NCBI GenBank assembly: GCA_977017645.1
Contig: OZ360219.1
Location: forward strand, 253,766,001 to 253,830,000
Direction of reading: 5' to 3'
DNA length: 64,000 nt
Origin: Torpedo marmorata
Taxonomy: Eukaryota
A program made the position numbers and the translations under genes. The notes under the pieces were generated by a model, which was given only the letters and a program-made list of their open reading frames with translations, did no database searches and had not been told where the DNA came from. Shown here in pieces: positions 36,940 through 50,568 of this stretch (position 1 is its first letter; the number at the start of each line of letters is the position of its first letter).

Positions 36940-38411
36940 TCCACTGGATTTATTTATTTTTGCAAAACATTCAGCAACTGTTCATTGGCCATTAATCAAA
37001 TGAAAGAATGACATTCTGAAATAGTGATGTCTTGAAAAACAAGTCATGACTGAAGGTTTCCACTTTATTAATCTCTTCATTCACAATATTATACTCATTA
37101 TGCACGTTCAGACAATCCATTCAACCATGCTTCGAGATCCTTAAATGCATTTATATCGGTATTTTCCCTATTTAGTTCCACTGTGCTCTCACAGACAAAT
37201 CTTCTACTTAATGATCGACGATGATAAACTAAATATATTATCATATTCAAAATCATCAAAGGGTAAGCATTTATGAAAGCAGTTATATTTGAGCACTTCA
37301 CAGAATTTCTTACTCCAGTCAGTTAGCAAGATTGCATATTACATATTAAAATCCTTTCTGAATTATATGAGGTTCTATGAAGAATATTCAGACTCATGGT
37401 CAATTCAACATGGTGGAGTCTGCTAACATGAACTGAGTACAGAAAGTGATCCAATCTGTTGGCAGGCTGAAGGTCCATTAATATTGGGCCTAATTTGAAT
37501 TTCAGGATCTTGCTGCTATCTCAGGCAAGTCTAGTGGGTTGATAATTACCTTTGCAACTGGTGACACCTTTATCAGATCCACATGCAGATAAGTTAGCCA
37601 TTTGATGGGAGCCATCAAAGTTAAATCTCATGCAGACTTTATACCCTCAATTTTGGGAAGATATCCTGAAAGAGATATCAGGTTCTCTGTTTGCATATGA
37701 AGTTACTAATGCCTGCTTTGGGTGCAGGCATTATGTCCCCATGTGAACACTCTACCAATCTGACAATGATGGGTATTCATATGGAATACATACACAGACT
37801 GAATGCCATAGCAAATAAGTAGGTACCAAAATTATACCTGAAAAACAAAGTAGAATCAACTAATTTTTGGTCCTATAATTTGTTTAGAAATATATGCTGT
37901 TCCATTCAATAGTTCACCTTAGTTACACAATGCCACAGTCCAACTTTAGTAATAATTATCATAACCTGAGCAAATGTTCCCCATTTATTTTTTTAAACCA
38001 CATTAATTATATCAACCACAATTTGTGCAGACTTCTTTTTCCCAGAAGCAATCAAAAGCAACATTCTTGAATGCTTTTGGGAATAAGATGTATGCACAAA
38101 CCTTACAGTTTTAAAAGTCAGTTGATTAATGCCACTGGTAATGCCATACAATTGATATATATTTGAGAATTTTTTAAGATCATGGGAATATTAGGTTAAC
38201 CCCATTGTTCTGTGAAATTCATACATTATCGCAATTCATACAATTGATAGCCATGAATGTATTGATTACACAGGAATAATAGGCACCACAGGTTAAAATG
38301 GTGATAGGAATTGCTAAAGTAGATATCATAATGTACTGTATATAGGATTATATAAGAATATCACAAATTCTGAAGATTACCTGTAATAGCTCTCGGTTGA
38401 GTTGTAGCGGT

Positions 38412-38539
38412 TCAGTAAGGGCGGTTGGCATCTTTCGGCCTCTTGAGCTGTACTTTCAGCCTCTTCATGCCAATTTGAAAACCATTCATTGCCTGGATGG
38501 CAGCCTGGGCACTGGCAGGATTGTCAAAACTCACAAAAC
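38412..38539 (-). CDS. CELF4: CELF4 last coding exon, RRM3 C-terminal part and stop
   Basis: ttttggcag|GT TTT GTG AGT...CGC CCT TAC TGA. Translates (G)[41 protein letters not shown]. Exon continues 31 nt as UTR to donor CAG|gtaatc at 38381/38380. Not present in the supplied ORF track. Confidence 0.97.
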
Positions 38540-39538
38540 CTGCCAAAAACATTGGTTTTACAACTTCGTGGGCCAGGAAGAACTAATACAACAATTCATT
38601 CTTAAGACCTCCGCTCAACCCCTTGTTTTCACCAGACGTCTCCTTCCATTTAAAAGGCACTTGCACATTTAAATGAAAATGTCCTTCAGGGAAATCAAAG
38701 AATTTAAGCTCTGACGAGTTCAAGTCCCACAAATTAAAATATAATTGTTACAATTTCTTTAACAATTTTTACCTGGTTATCACAATATTTTTAAACATAG
38801 GCTGGACCAAGTTAATTTCTGATTTTTTTTCAAGCCATTTGTGTCTCCTGCATGAATATAATTGAGCTCAAAGCAATGTTGCTTGCACCAACATTTGGGT
38901 CAATGTTTTGTGCAAATGTTGGATTTTGACTCATTTTATTGTTTGTATAATTTGATAGGTTATTTTTGATCATGAAAAAAAAGATTAATTACTGATGGAT
39001 AGAGAAGAGTCACATAGCAAAAATGTCCAATTACAAAGCAAAATAAGAAAACATTTACAGAAAAGGAAGAGGAAAACCTCATGTGAAGCAATCTTACCCT
39101 TTGTTGGTAAATTCTGCCAATAGGATCAGAAATCAGTCTGGTCCAACCTTACATGGTTGCAATATAAAATCTTATCGCCTTAAATTGGGGTGTGCAGAGA
39201 TGAAGAATATTTCAGTAGGCTCATTTTGCCAAACTAGACCAATGAAACCAGAGTCCAAGTAAATGGCCTTAGAAATTGAACCAGGTCATACAATTAACAA
39301 AATGGGGACTATTGGTGAATACAATCCCTTCCCAAATTAAACTCCCTCCAGATTTAACTTAATTGATTTTACCTCAAAATATTTGGTGAATTTCAATGTG
39401 TTAGTTTGAAGCAAGACTACCTCACAATGATGATGATGATAATGAACATCATAAACCCAGATTAAGTAACGTTGCATGTCCTATTATGTCAACCCTACCA
39501 ATCTTCTGGTTGCAGATATGATCTGATCACTGATAGAT

Positions 39539-39661
39539 GGGCGGCACGGCTGGCGTAGCGGTTAGCACAATGCTATTACAGTGCCAGCAATCGGGACTGG
39601 GGTTTGAATCCCGCGCGTTCTGTAATGAGTTTGTGCGTTCTCCCCGTGTCTGCGTGGGTTT
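39539..39661 (+). mobile_element. V-SINE, 5' half
   Basis: GGCGTAGCGGTTAGC A box, GGTTTGAATCCC B box and gttctccccgtgtctgcgtgggttt. Confidence 0.85.
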
Positions 39662-42139
39662 AAAACTTTAGAACTATATTTTAAGTGAAAAATCACACTG
39701 CCTTAATCTCAGAGTTAGCTACAGACATAAAGAATGACATTTATGATTTCAGATCAATAGCAAACAAAACAGATAACGTGAAATTTAAAATCTGGCAGAT
39801 GACAATTCCACATTTTGTACTAAACTTTTATCCTCTGTGCATTTTATTTTACTGCAGAATGCTTTTTGTTTGGTCAAGTGGCAAGTATTCACTCTGCAAG
39901 TCTTTTCTCAAATTATATGAGATGAACTAAGGTAACTGGTTCAGGATGCTTGGGAGGTGCATACAGTTTTCTGGATTCATTCAATGAGGACCCAATGAGG
40001 CAATTTGAATTCCAATGTTGTACTCCTCAATATAAATGTTGACATAAAACCAAGTAAAATGAACAAATTAATAATTGACTTGACTTCAATGGGACAGATG
40101 CAGAGTTATGATAATTGTTTGCACAGTTTTAGGGATGTAGGGAGCAAAAAGGAAGTAATGATGTAAAGTAAGTGATGATGCAGAGGAAACAATAATGTAA
40201 TCCATTCTTCCCCTAATTTATTCTGAGTCTTTGTTCCTGCACAGAGGGTCCTGCACGCCTATGCTACCATAAGGTGCGTAGTATACATTTGATGAGTATT
40301 GTAAGCACATATACCACTGAAAGAAAATTGAATCTTCAAATATAAAAAAATACATAATATCAATTAACTTCTAGGTCCAAGTTTTTTGAAAAAAACTTTT
40401 GATGAACTGTCATCTTTATTGACAAATGCTGCCAGACCCTCATTTTCTGCCTTTTCTTCCTTATTTTAAAGCTGTGATCGTTGATCGGTTCTTGGTTTAT
40501 CACCAATGGGAACATTATTCCAATTCCTAATTGTTTTTAAAAGAATGTTGATTATACATGTTTGAAATGGTTTAGTGTAACATATAAAATAATCTTTAGA
40601 AACAACTTTTTGATATTGAAGCAATAGCTTTTGTTTGCTCTACAGTTTATTAGATTATTTTGGCACTGACCTGTTGGAATAAAGAAATAATAGTTTTATT
40701 CTCAATATTCCTAATCAACTAAGGATGTGTTAAGTATATCATAGCAAAGGAACAATGACAAGATGGTTGACATAACTGAATATTCCAAATTTCATCTTAA
40801 TAAATTCTCCAAATAAGTGTGAGATTTGGTTTCTAAAATCTTTGGTTCTTGACATTGTTCACATTTTGACACATCATATATTAAAAAAAGCCAAATAATA
40901 ATTAAGCAGCACTTTTAACGGATATATTGTTGTGAGAAGGCAACTGGATCTTCCAAGGTGTCAAATATAAATGCATTACAATGGTGAGGCATCAGAGAAA
41001 AATAAAAATGAAATTGCCACAATAATGCACAGTATTATATTTCTGAAGGTCAATGAGAATTACCGGTAACTAAACTTTTTGAAACAGAACTCCTCAAATT
41101 TTGCACAGTATTCAAAGTCCTTTCTTTGACATTTCCGGCTTTTCTGTGCTTTTGGTAACTGCAGAAATCTTACTCTGCACACCTTTTTTGTGCACCCGTT
41201 TAGGCCAGTTACATTTACATTACTGAACAGTGCTGCATTCCTGGAAATTTAAGCTGCTAACGTTCTCACTGGGCTGTGTTTGAAACAGAAGAAGGATATG
41301 TGGAGATGAATTGTTTCACTCCAAATTACCACCGTGACATCTGGTAAGGAAGGCCATTTATGAACATTTCATAAATCAATATAATTCTAAAAGGGATAAT
41401 AAGGACAGTTTTAGGTTAGATCAATTTTCTTTTTTTAAAATACAAAATAACTGCAATTATGTTCTGTTGAAATATCATTTATAAGAACTAATGAAAATAA
41501 TTAATTTTCTCCACAATTGGCAGGAATGATTTTTCCTTAATTGCATTTCTAACAGTTATTCCTTATTGTTCCAATCTTGAGATACATTAGATATAAATTA
41601 TTGCCAGTGTTGTTATTCTATAAATGCTTAGCATGCCCATATCAAATTCTTTTCTCTATTAGTTGAAATAAGTCTGTAATATGGCAGCAAAACATTTTAG
41701 CTAAAAAAAGAAGAGCACTTTAAACATTACAAAATAAGCTCTGGTGGCAATTCATTCATTTGTTTACTCCTGAAGAACAAAAATACACAGGAGGTTTTCC
41801 AACATCTGGAATGAAAAGAAAAGTTGACATTTTGTTAATATTACCAGCCTTTTAACTTTCTTGCTCTTTTCTATTTTTGAATACTAAAGAACTATCTGAA
41901 CTTTGGTGGTTATAAATAGAAAATGATAATTGGTCAAAAGATCCAAGATAAAATGAGCTAGTATTTGACACTGTTGATGTAGTATACATCCAACATTCCT
42001 ATTCATCACATTGGTACAGAAAATGATCAAGAATCAGGAAAAAGTGGGTTGTTTATTTGTTTATATAAATCTCTTTGGGATTACTTGAATTATAAATTGT
42101 CTAAGAGCATAGATTGTCATAAAGCTGTATGTTTTTTTG

Positions 42140-43467
42140 AAAAACACAAAAATGTTGGAGGAACTCAGCTGGTCACGCAGCGTCCATAAGAGGTAAAGAT
42201 GTATAACCAAAATTTCGGGCCTGAGCCCATCTTCAAGGTATTAGCAAAAAGAAGGCAGGCATCTGAATAAAAAGGCTGGGGGAGGAGATAAGAAAGGGCA
42301 GTGGGAGGAGCACAGGCAAACAGACCAAGGACCATAATTGGACATGGATAGGAGGACAGGAAAGGAAAGGTGAGAATTGATCGGGGGAGGGGGGTGTGGC
42401 TCTGTGAATGCAGAGTTGGAGGAAAGGAGACAGAGGGAAAGGGAATGAGAGAGAGAGACAGAGCTAGAGGAAAGGAGACATGGGGGGGGGGGGTGGATGG
42501 CTAACGGAAACTGGAGAAGTAAATGTTAATGCCATCTGATTGGAGTGTGCCCAGACAGAATATGAGATGTTGTTCCTCCTATTTGTGGGTGGTCTCAGTC
42601 TGACAGTGCATGAGACCATGGACAGACATGTTGGCAAGGGAATGGGGCGGGGAAATGTAATGGGTTTCCACTGGGATATTCCTGCCATTGCAGCAGACAT
42701 AGCTGAGGTGCTCAACGAAGCGATCTCCTACTCTGCGTCCAGTTTTTTCCGATGTAGAGGAGACCACAACGGGAGCACCGGATGCAGTAGGTGACCCCTG
42801 CAGATTTACAAGTGAAGTGTTGCTTCATTTGGAAGGACTGTTTGGGACCCCAAATGGTGGTGAGGGAGGAGGTGTAGGTGCAAGTGCTGTATTTCTTGTG
42901 GTTGCAGGGGTAAGTACCAAGGGGGCGATTTGTGGGAAGGGAGGAGTGGACGATGGACTCATGGAGAGGTTCCTGTGGAAGACGGAGAGAGGGAGGATAG
43001 GGGAAAATGTGTCTGGTGGTGGGATCACGTAGTAGGTGGTGGAAATGGCGGAGGATGATACATTGGATGTGAAGGCTGGTGGGGTGGTAGGTGAGGACAA
43101 GGGGTATCCTGTCCTTGTTGCGTGTTGGGACAGTGGGGGCCAGGACAGATATGCGGGTAATGGAGGATATGCGGGTGAGGGCTGAGTTGATGGTGGTAGA
43201 GGGGAAGCCATGTTTTTTGAAGATGGAGGATATCTCAGATGATCTAGCATGGAAGACGTTGCCCTGGGAGCAGATGCGATGGAGTCGGAGGAATTGCGAG
43301 AAATGAATGGAAGCCTTACAGGGAACAGGTTGTGAAGAGGTGTAGATGAGGTAGCTGTAGGAGTTGGTGGGTTCGTAAAAAATGTATGTCGAGAGCTTGT
43401 CTCCCGAGATGGAGACAGAGAGATCGACAAAGGAGAGAGTATTGCTGGAGATGAACCATGTTTTCAT
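42140..43467 (-). mobile_element. Penelope-like retroelement 3' part (RT thumb plus GIY-YIG endonuclease), frameshifted
   Basis: SQFLRLHRICS, RIPLVLTYHP, FTCKSAGVTYCIRCSRCGLLYIGK, then TGRRVGDRFVEHL in the next frame. Confidence 0.9.
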
Positions 43468-44259
43468 GGCTCAATTGTTATTAGAATGGTAAATCTGCAT
43501 GCTATTAGAATATCAAATGTATTCTACAAGAGGGTATTGAATTTGAATTAATAACATTTTTGAGGCAATAAACATCAAAATAAAAAAGTGTAGGGCATCA
43601 GCAAAGAGTGGGTAGATGCGATTAAACCAGATAATTCTTATAAAAAGGAAGCACCAATAAAACAAATGTTTGGTGTATGTTAAACGGATCAAAACATTCT
43701 AAATTAAAAGTGAAAAAGTTAATTAATTCCAGTAAAAGTCATTACTATAACCTATACCAACATTACCATGACAGCATATTAGAGAGGAAGTTGATAAATT
43801 TCATTACTCTACCTGATATTTTGATTCTTAACATATCAATGGATTACCAGGAAATAATATATTGTAAAGAATGACAAGAAAACTGTGCAAATAAAGGCAA
43901 ATAAAATTTCTTTCAATAAATGAATATAAACATTTCATAAATACTTTTTTTAAATAAATATGCAAATAAAAGTTGAAAGTTATGTGGGATAGTGCAGCAT
44001 TGAGGGTCAATCTTGATATGCTCATTGAGAGCGCTCAGGGTTATAGTGAACCGAAGAAAATAGAGGAAGGACATTGATTTGCTTTACAGTCAAATAGGAT
44101 AATATCAACTGCACTTTCACTGCTCACCCCTGATCTTAAAGTTCAAAAATATCCTGAGCTCACTCCTTCTGGCTTTGTCAGATGCTGGTTGGGAACAGAT
44201 AATTATTACAATAACAGTAAGCAGGTCAATGGTTAAACCCTTCAATTCACATTGCAGTC

Positions 44260-44440
44260 GAAACTCAACAAGTCACGCAGCATCCATAGAAATTAAAAGG
44301 CAATCACCACCTTGGACCTGTGCCCTTCATCAGGAACAACCGCCTTTTACTTCCTATGGATGCTACGTGACCTGCTGAGTTTCTCTAGCACTTTTGTGAA
44401 CTGCACTAGACCCCATCATCTGCAGATTTTCTTGTTTACC
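44260..44440. mobile_element. Fold-back Penelope-end fragment
   Basis: gaaactca...gcatccatagaaattaaaaggc inverted against gccttttacttcctatggatgc...tgagtttc. Confidence 0.75.
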
Positions 44441-44689
44441 TTCAGTTCAAATTCTTGTGTTTCTCTTAGGAATCAGAATCCTGGATCCCCTACCAGGTGC
44501 TTTTGCTGCACAGCATGTGGGCCAAAAGGAGAAGGATTCTTCACACCAACCTGACCGTTCAAGCACCCAGAATTGGGAGTCAACAGCACACTTTGCCATC
44601 AATGTTCAACCACTCTTCCTCCCCAATCATCTGACGAGTTAGCTGAGAGCAGGGGGATTTTGGAGATAGGTCTTTTTTATATATTTTTA

Positions 44690-44902
44690 AAAATTTAGTG
44701 ATACAGCAAGGTAATAGGCCCCTCCGGCCCATGAGCCCATGCTGCCCAAATACACCAATTAACCCATTTTTGGAGGGTGGAGAAAACCGGAGCACCCGGA
44801 GAAAACCCGAGCAGGTCACAGGGAAAATGTGCAAGCTCCTTACAGACAGCGCCAGATTTGAACCCGGGTTGCTGGTGCTATAATAGCATTGCACTAACCA
44901 CT
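44690..44902 (-). mobile_element. V-SINE
   Basis: Reverse complement of the 45700-45960 family. Confidence 0.85.
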
Positions 44903-45699
44903 CTGAAAACCTTCCACTAAAACAGTCTTTTCCTGCTTTGTTGATTCAGGACATGCAACATCTATCCTATGATGCTTAACTGCCTGGAAAGCACCACAAG
45001 GAATCAACTTACTCTCAGTGCTGAAGGACACTGATAGGGTTTTGCACCTCATCCAATTTAACTTCAATAGAAGGTAAACATGAATCTGGTATAAAATGGT
45101 CATCAGATCATATTTTGTCAACCTGTTTGTCATTGTGGGACACTGATCTGTTGTTACCCACAAGGCTGCAGACTAATAGCAGGGAAGCAGGATTACTTGA
45201 ACTATTTTTGTTTAGCCAGCTTGAATTTGATGGGCGAAAAGGTCTTCTTCCCTATTATAAACTTCTATAATCCTGAGAAATCTTGAAAATTGTACAATTG
45301 TGAAAATATGTACCAACATCGTCACAAAATGTACATCCACTAGGAGAGTCTCCATAAGCTCCCTCCAATACAAATCAAGTGAGGACAATGTGTTTGCCAA
45401 GTGATTATTTGAAAGGTAGACATTATAGCAGAAACAAATAAAGATGGACTCAGTTGTCAAGAATTTAGCTAATAATCTGTTGTCTCTGAAAACAGAATTT
45501 GAGGTGATCCAATCAAACTTACATGATAATTATGAGAATTAATAAAATAGATCTCTACAAACATTACTTCTGTGAAGATAAGATTTAAAACCACAACCTT
45601 AAAAGAGGTCATGGTACTTCAAAACTTTAAGGAAACCGTGGATAACAGGCCACAAAATTGTTTCAAAAATCAATAAGATTAAATATCTTCAGATTACTA

Positions 45700-45960
45700 G
45701 GGGGCAGCACAGTTTGTGTACGGTTAGTGCAACGCTGTTACAGCGCCAGTGATCAGGACCGGAGTTCGAATCCCGCACTGTCTGTAAGGAGTTTGTCCGT
45801 TCTCCCTGTGTCTGTGTGGGTTTTCTCCAGGGGCTCTGGTTTCCTCCCACCGTTTGAAACGTACCAGGGGTTGTAGGTCAATTGGGTGTAATTGGGCGGC
45901 ACGGGCTTGTGGGCCGAAAGGGACTGTTACTGTGCTGTATGTCTAAATTTAAAATGTAAA
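45700..45960 (+). mobile_element. V-SINE, full length
   Basis: tRNA head with GTTCGAATCCC, V-domain and CR1-like tail gggccgaaggg...tgtgctgtatgtctaaa. Confidence 0.9.
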
Positions 45961-48900
45961 ATTTAGTAACAACCCGATCATGATGGAACATTGTCTTTTG
46001 TTTCCAAACAGAGATTACAGTTCTTTTATAAATATAGTGTCATGGAACAGATAGTATGACACATTTTAATGTGGGCAGTGAGCACTCAAACATTCAGTGA
46101 TCAAGTTTCATCATTATATCTGAGATTCATTGCCAAGGCCATTAATTTTCAACCAACATAATGTGGGTGACTGTCCCAAATAACCATTGGCTATGATCCT
46201 ATCCACTTACAGAGCTGACAATGATCCCGTTCCCTCTGCAGGAGTTGCTGAGGTGGTTGCTGTTTACCAGGAGAAGTGAGGCTATTGAGATGATGGAACA
46301 AGAGCTACAATGCAGCACACCACTGAGCTGGAAATAAATGCATAAGACTTGGTAACTTCAGGTGTAATAACTGAGAGAGAAAAAATTACTCCACACCTTC
46401 AACTTCTGGAACAGAACTAATTCAAGTCATTCGTGAAGTGGCAAGTCTTGATTGCAGTTTAGTAATGATATCAGTAAGTTTGGAGGCTGTGATGTTGCCA
46501 ATGAAAAAGGCAAAAAAACTGCCAATGTAAAAAAGATGACGGGTGGAATTGAGAGAGAACTGGGTATTAAAAACCAAATGTTTGCTTGTCTCTTTTCATT
46601 TTTAATGATTTGAGAATGATTTGATTATCTTATGGAGAATTTTAAATGAAAACTTCAGCTCAAAATGTCTATGTGGTGCGGAATGTTTAGTAGATTGCAT
46701 GTGCCTTCTTATTGGAACCTTTCTAACTGCATAGTTCTGTCCTTAATTCTTGCCAGCTGGGACTGCATTGCATATAACATGAAAGCAGGTCTCCACCTTA
46801 CAAGATTTTGATAACTCCACGAGATTAATATCTGCATACTTTTTGTGATAATGACTTTGTGGACACAACCTTTGCCAACACCTGTGTCAACATGAGAGTG
46901 TTCCACCTACCAGCACCATGGTAACCATGGTAGTTTAAACCTTTAATAGTGATTTCTCCACTACTCTGTGGAACTGCATTAATATACTATTCACTAATCA
47001 TTTCCTTGTCGAGGAGTATGTGCAAGCTTGGAAGCAATAAATTTTTAATCACAGAGTCATAGAAAGATAGAGCATGGAAACCAGCCCTTTGGTCCATTGA
47101 GCTTGCTCTCATCAACCACTATTTACTCTTATCCTACATTATTTCCTTTTAAAACTTTTCCTCACATTCTCATCATCTGCCCTAGATTCTACAGTTTACC
47201 CACATACAAGGGACAATTTACAGTGGCCGACTAACTTAACTACTTGCAAGTCTCTGAGATGTGGGAGGAAATTACACTTGGAGGAAAGCCACAGGATGAA
47301 AGGAAAGCAAACACCACACAGACAGCATTTAGGATGTGAGGTAGGGCCTCTGCTACCTGTATCACTGTGCCTACCAAATTTATACGAAATTGTTAAAGTG
47401 TTTGGATTTGACAGCTTGCATAATTTCTCGCAAATCAAAAAAGGTGGCAGTAGGGTACTCTTCCCTAATGAAGCCATGCACTTACAGAATTTAAATCTCA
47501 AAAGTGGTCAGGTTCATGCTGTTAAAGAGACCTGACTATCAACTATATTCTTTTGGCTATATTGAGAGGGGGAGTTCAAGTTGAATACAAATATGAAGTG
47601 CAATTCTTTATTCTGAATTGGAACAGACAATATAATTTACCTCTGCAATTATATCAATGTGGAACCCATAACCCTATGTCCACATTTGTTCAGAACTTTT
47701 ACAAAACTATCTGTCTATCCAACGAGGAACTTACTAATCATAATGGAATAATGTTTTGATTAAAAAGCTGATCTTCTGAGATAATTCAATTCCCAGGCAA
47801 AACAAGTCTTCTCACTATGGCCAGGGAGAATTGGTTTTCAAACCATTCTGAATGAAGTGCCAAAAGCATTTTTATCAGTCTAAATCCACAGAAGTAATGG
47901 CGCAGTAAGGCAGTAAATGCAAAGGAATGCAGACTTTGAAAGCAGATGGACATTAATCTGATGGCCACAAAAATATCCAGGGACCCCTTTATAGGCTTGT
48001 AGAGTCTGGTAATTCCACTTTGAATATGAGTGATTTATACGTGTCTGATAGGAAACTTTCATGCATCCTTATAATCTGAGGAAGCTTGTGTTAACTTTTC
48101 AGGTTTAAGTTTATGTCACTGCACACCCCTACAAGATAAACAGAAAATATCCAGCTGATGTGAAAATTTTAAACTTTATTCTAATTTGTTTTATTTAAGT
48201 TACTCGTTTCAAAATGCTCTCCATATTTCTTTGACACATTAAATGCCAAACATTGGTTTGGAAATTTGTGATAACCCTTTGAGGACTGGAAAAAGAGGTT
48301 TTGAACTTGAAGAATCTGGGTAATTTTGAGATAATTGCAATTTCAGCATGACTAGGCTTTTATAAAATTGAGGGTTGTATTAAATATTTCTGTTCCTTCA
48401 TTTATTGATCATTTCTGTTTTGCAGCAATTCAATAGAAATCCTTAAAGGGTTAAAAGTACTGTTTTAAAATTTAGGGAACTCAGAAAGGTTAACAATTAG
48501 ATGTGTAAATTACTTTAACTGTTTTGCAAACTCAAAAGGAGAAAAATAATAAATTGACCAAAATGCACTTTAGTTACAGAATCTTGTCACTTTTACACAC
48601 AGGAAAAACCAAATGCTCACTGAGTGACATAGTATGGACACATTCTGAAGGTCTTTCTTGCAAATAATGGTAATCAGCATAGAATAAAGCTTCAAAGAAC
48701 AAAAGCCAGATATTTCCTTTAGTTTTTGTCTGGTTACAGTTGTTCATAGACAGGTCTTGTAGCATACACCAATAGAGCATTTACTTTGTTAGAAATAACT
48801 TTAGTACTTTGTATTATTTTTATTAGTGACACGTGCACCATATGATGATATACAACAAAGGTGTGGCAATCCCACTTTACAGAAAAACACATTTTGAGAA

Positions 48901-49232
48901 CCTCTTCCTCAATTAAACAAACATACATCTTGCAATGTGAAGGAAACCACTGACTACTGAAGGAATAGTTTCCTTTAGAAATCAACTGATTTAATGACAC
49001 AGTATAAATTATGAAATATTTTGATGTTATCTTTTATTTATATTCCTCTCTGCAATAAATATGTATAAACAGCATACTAGGTCATTCAAATATGCTAGAT
49101 TTTCATTAATTTGGCCATCTAGTCAATAGAGTTGTTTACAGTGGAACCCACTTACAACTTTTGATCCTGTTTGAGATTTTTGTGTGGAAATTTCAAACAT
49201 TATTTTAATCAACTGATTATAATCTTCAACAA

Positions 49233-49386
49233 GGTAAAAACACAATGCTGGAGAAACTCAGCAGGTCGCACAGTGTACTTTAAATAGTATACTCCATATA
49301 AAGTACACTGTGTGACCTGAATGAGTTTCTCCGGCACTGTGTTTTTACTACAATCACAGCATCTGCAGACTTTTGTGTTTCACTCA
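49233..49386. mobile_element. Fold-back Penelope-end insertion with 14-bp TSD
   Basis: ATAATCTTCAACAA at 49219-49232 and 49387-49400, with ~50-bp inverted arms. Confidence 0.85.
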
Positions 49387-50424
49387 ATAATCTTCAACAA
49401 AATGAGTTTGTATTTTAAGGTTATTCCACTGTGTACAGGTTAATTTAATAAATATCTTATTTCCTTGAATACAACCAACTTACTATATTTTACAGAACAG
49501 AAGTTAATCTCATGGTATTAATTAGATTGTTAAATATCACACAAGAAAATATGACAAAAACATAGAGTTGCTTTATGCAAGATAAGCTTCAGTGGTGACT
49601 TGGGATTCAATTTTTTAATTTGAAAAATTGACCAATCTTGGAACCATTAATTTCTTAGATTTTAACCCTCACATGTGCTTTAAAAAAATGGTAGGAATAC
49701 TATTAATGACCTGGGAGCTGCTTAAGTGTGAACAGTTCACACCATACATCTTAGAACAGTAACTTGCATTATCAATGGCAATCAAATATTCTCCTGTCAA
49801 ATTTATGCTAAATCCAAATGATCATTTTCATTATTCCTTCTTACAGCTCAGTAGCCAAAGTGATTGAATCAGCTAGAACATTTTGCTTCACTTTTTGATC
49901 AACTGCAAGCCAAATGTAAAAGAAAGAGCTGTGTACATTCAGGTCCTGAGGCGGCAAAACCCAACATTTTAATTTGTTCAGGAAACCACTCAAATTTAAC
50001 CACATCTCAGTTTCAGGTCAGGATTTGTGCTTGTTCCAAAATAGTTTTGTTAGTTGGAAGATCATTGATTTTCATCGTTCTGTTTAGGTTAGCACACCAT
50101 TACTCTATATACAAGGACTTTTTTCTATTGAAGGAAATACAGTATTCTGCACATATACGTACAAGGGTTTCTGGTAATCTAAAAGCAAAGCAAGAATATT
50201 TTAATGTTAACTATAATTCAAACCTTTTCCCTCAGCAAAATATATTGTTGGATAAAGCCCCATCTGGGTTGATGAGGGGAAAGGTTAAACAATTAACTAC
50301 AGAAGAGCAGAGTCCAATTATGCAATGACCCATATTTTAGACATAATTATTTCAGAGTATTGACACAAAATATAGTTTTTAAAACCATGTCTGACAGAAT
50401 TGAACTTTTTTTATCTGTACCCAC

Positions 50425-50568
50425 CAAAGCATTTACTTTGGTTTGTTGCTCGGTCCACAAACACTTTTGAGGAGATGACATTACCAAAAGGCAGGAACAT
50501 TTGCATGAGCTCAGCATCTCCAAACTCCTGAGGAAGGTGATAGATAAAAAGGTTGCACCCCTCTGGAC
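50425..50568 (-). CDS. CELF4: CELF4 coding exon, RRM3 N-terminal part
   Basis: ttctctgcag|GT CCA GAG GGG TGC...AAA TGC TTT G|gtgggt. Translates [48 protein letters not shown](G), containing RNP2 LFIYHL. 144 nt, phase 1/1, in frame with both neighbouring exons. Confidence 0.97.

Noticed and set aside
39539-39620. tRNA gene
   Set aside because: A and B boxes are present but there is no cloverleaf. It runs into the V-SINE domain and has many dispersed copies.
46915-46933. ACCATGGT-A-ACCATGGT palindrome as an RFX site
   Set aside because: Imperfect X-box match, isolated and compatible with chance.
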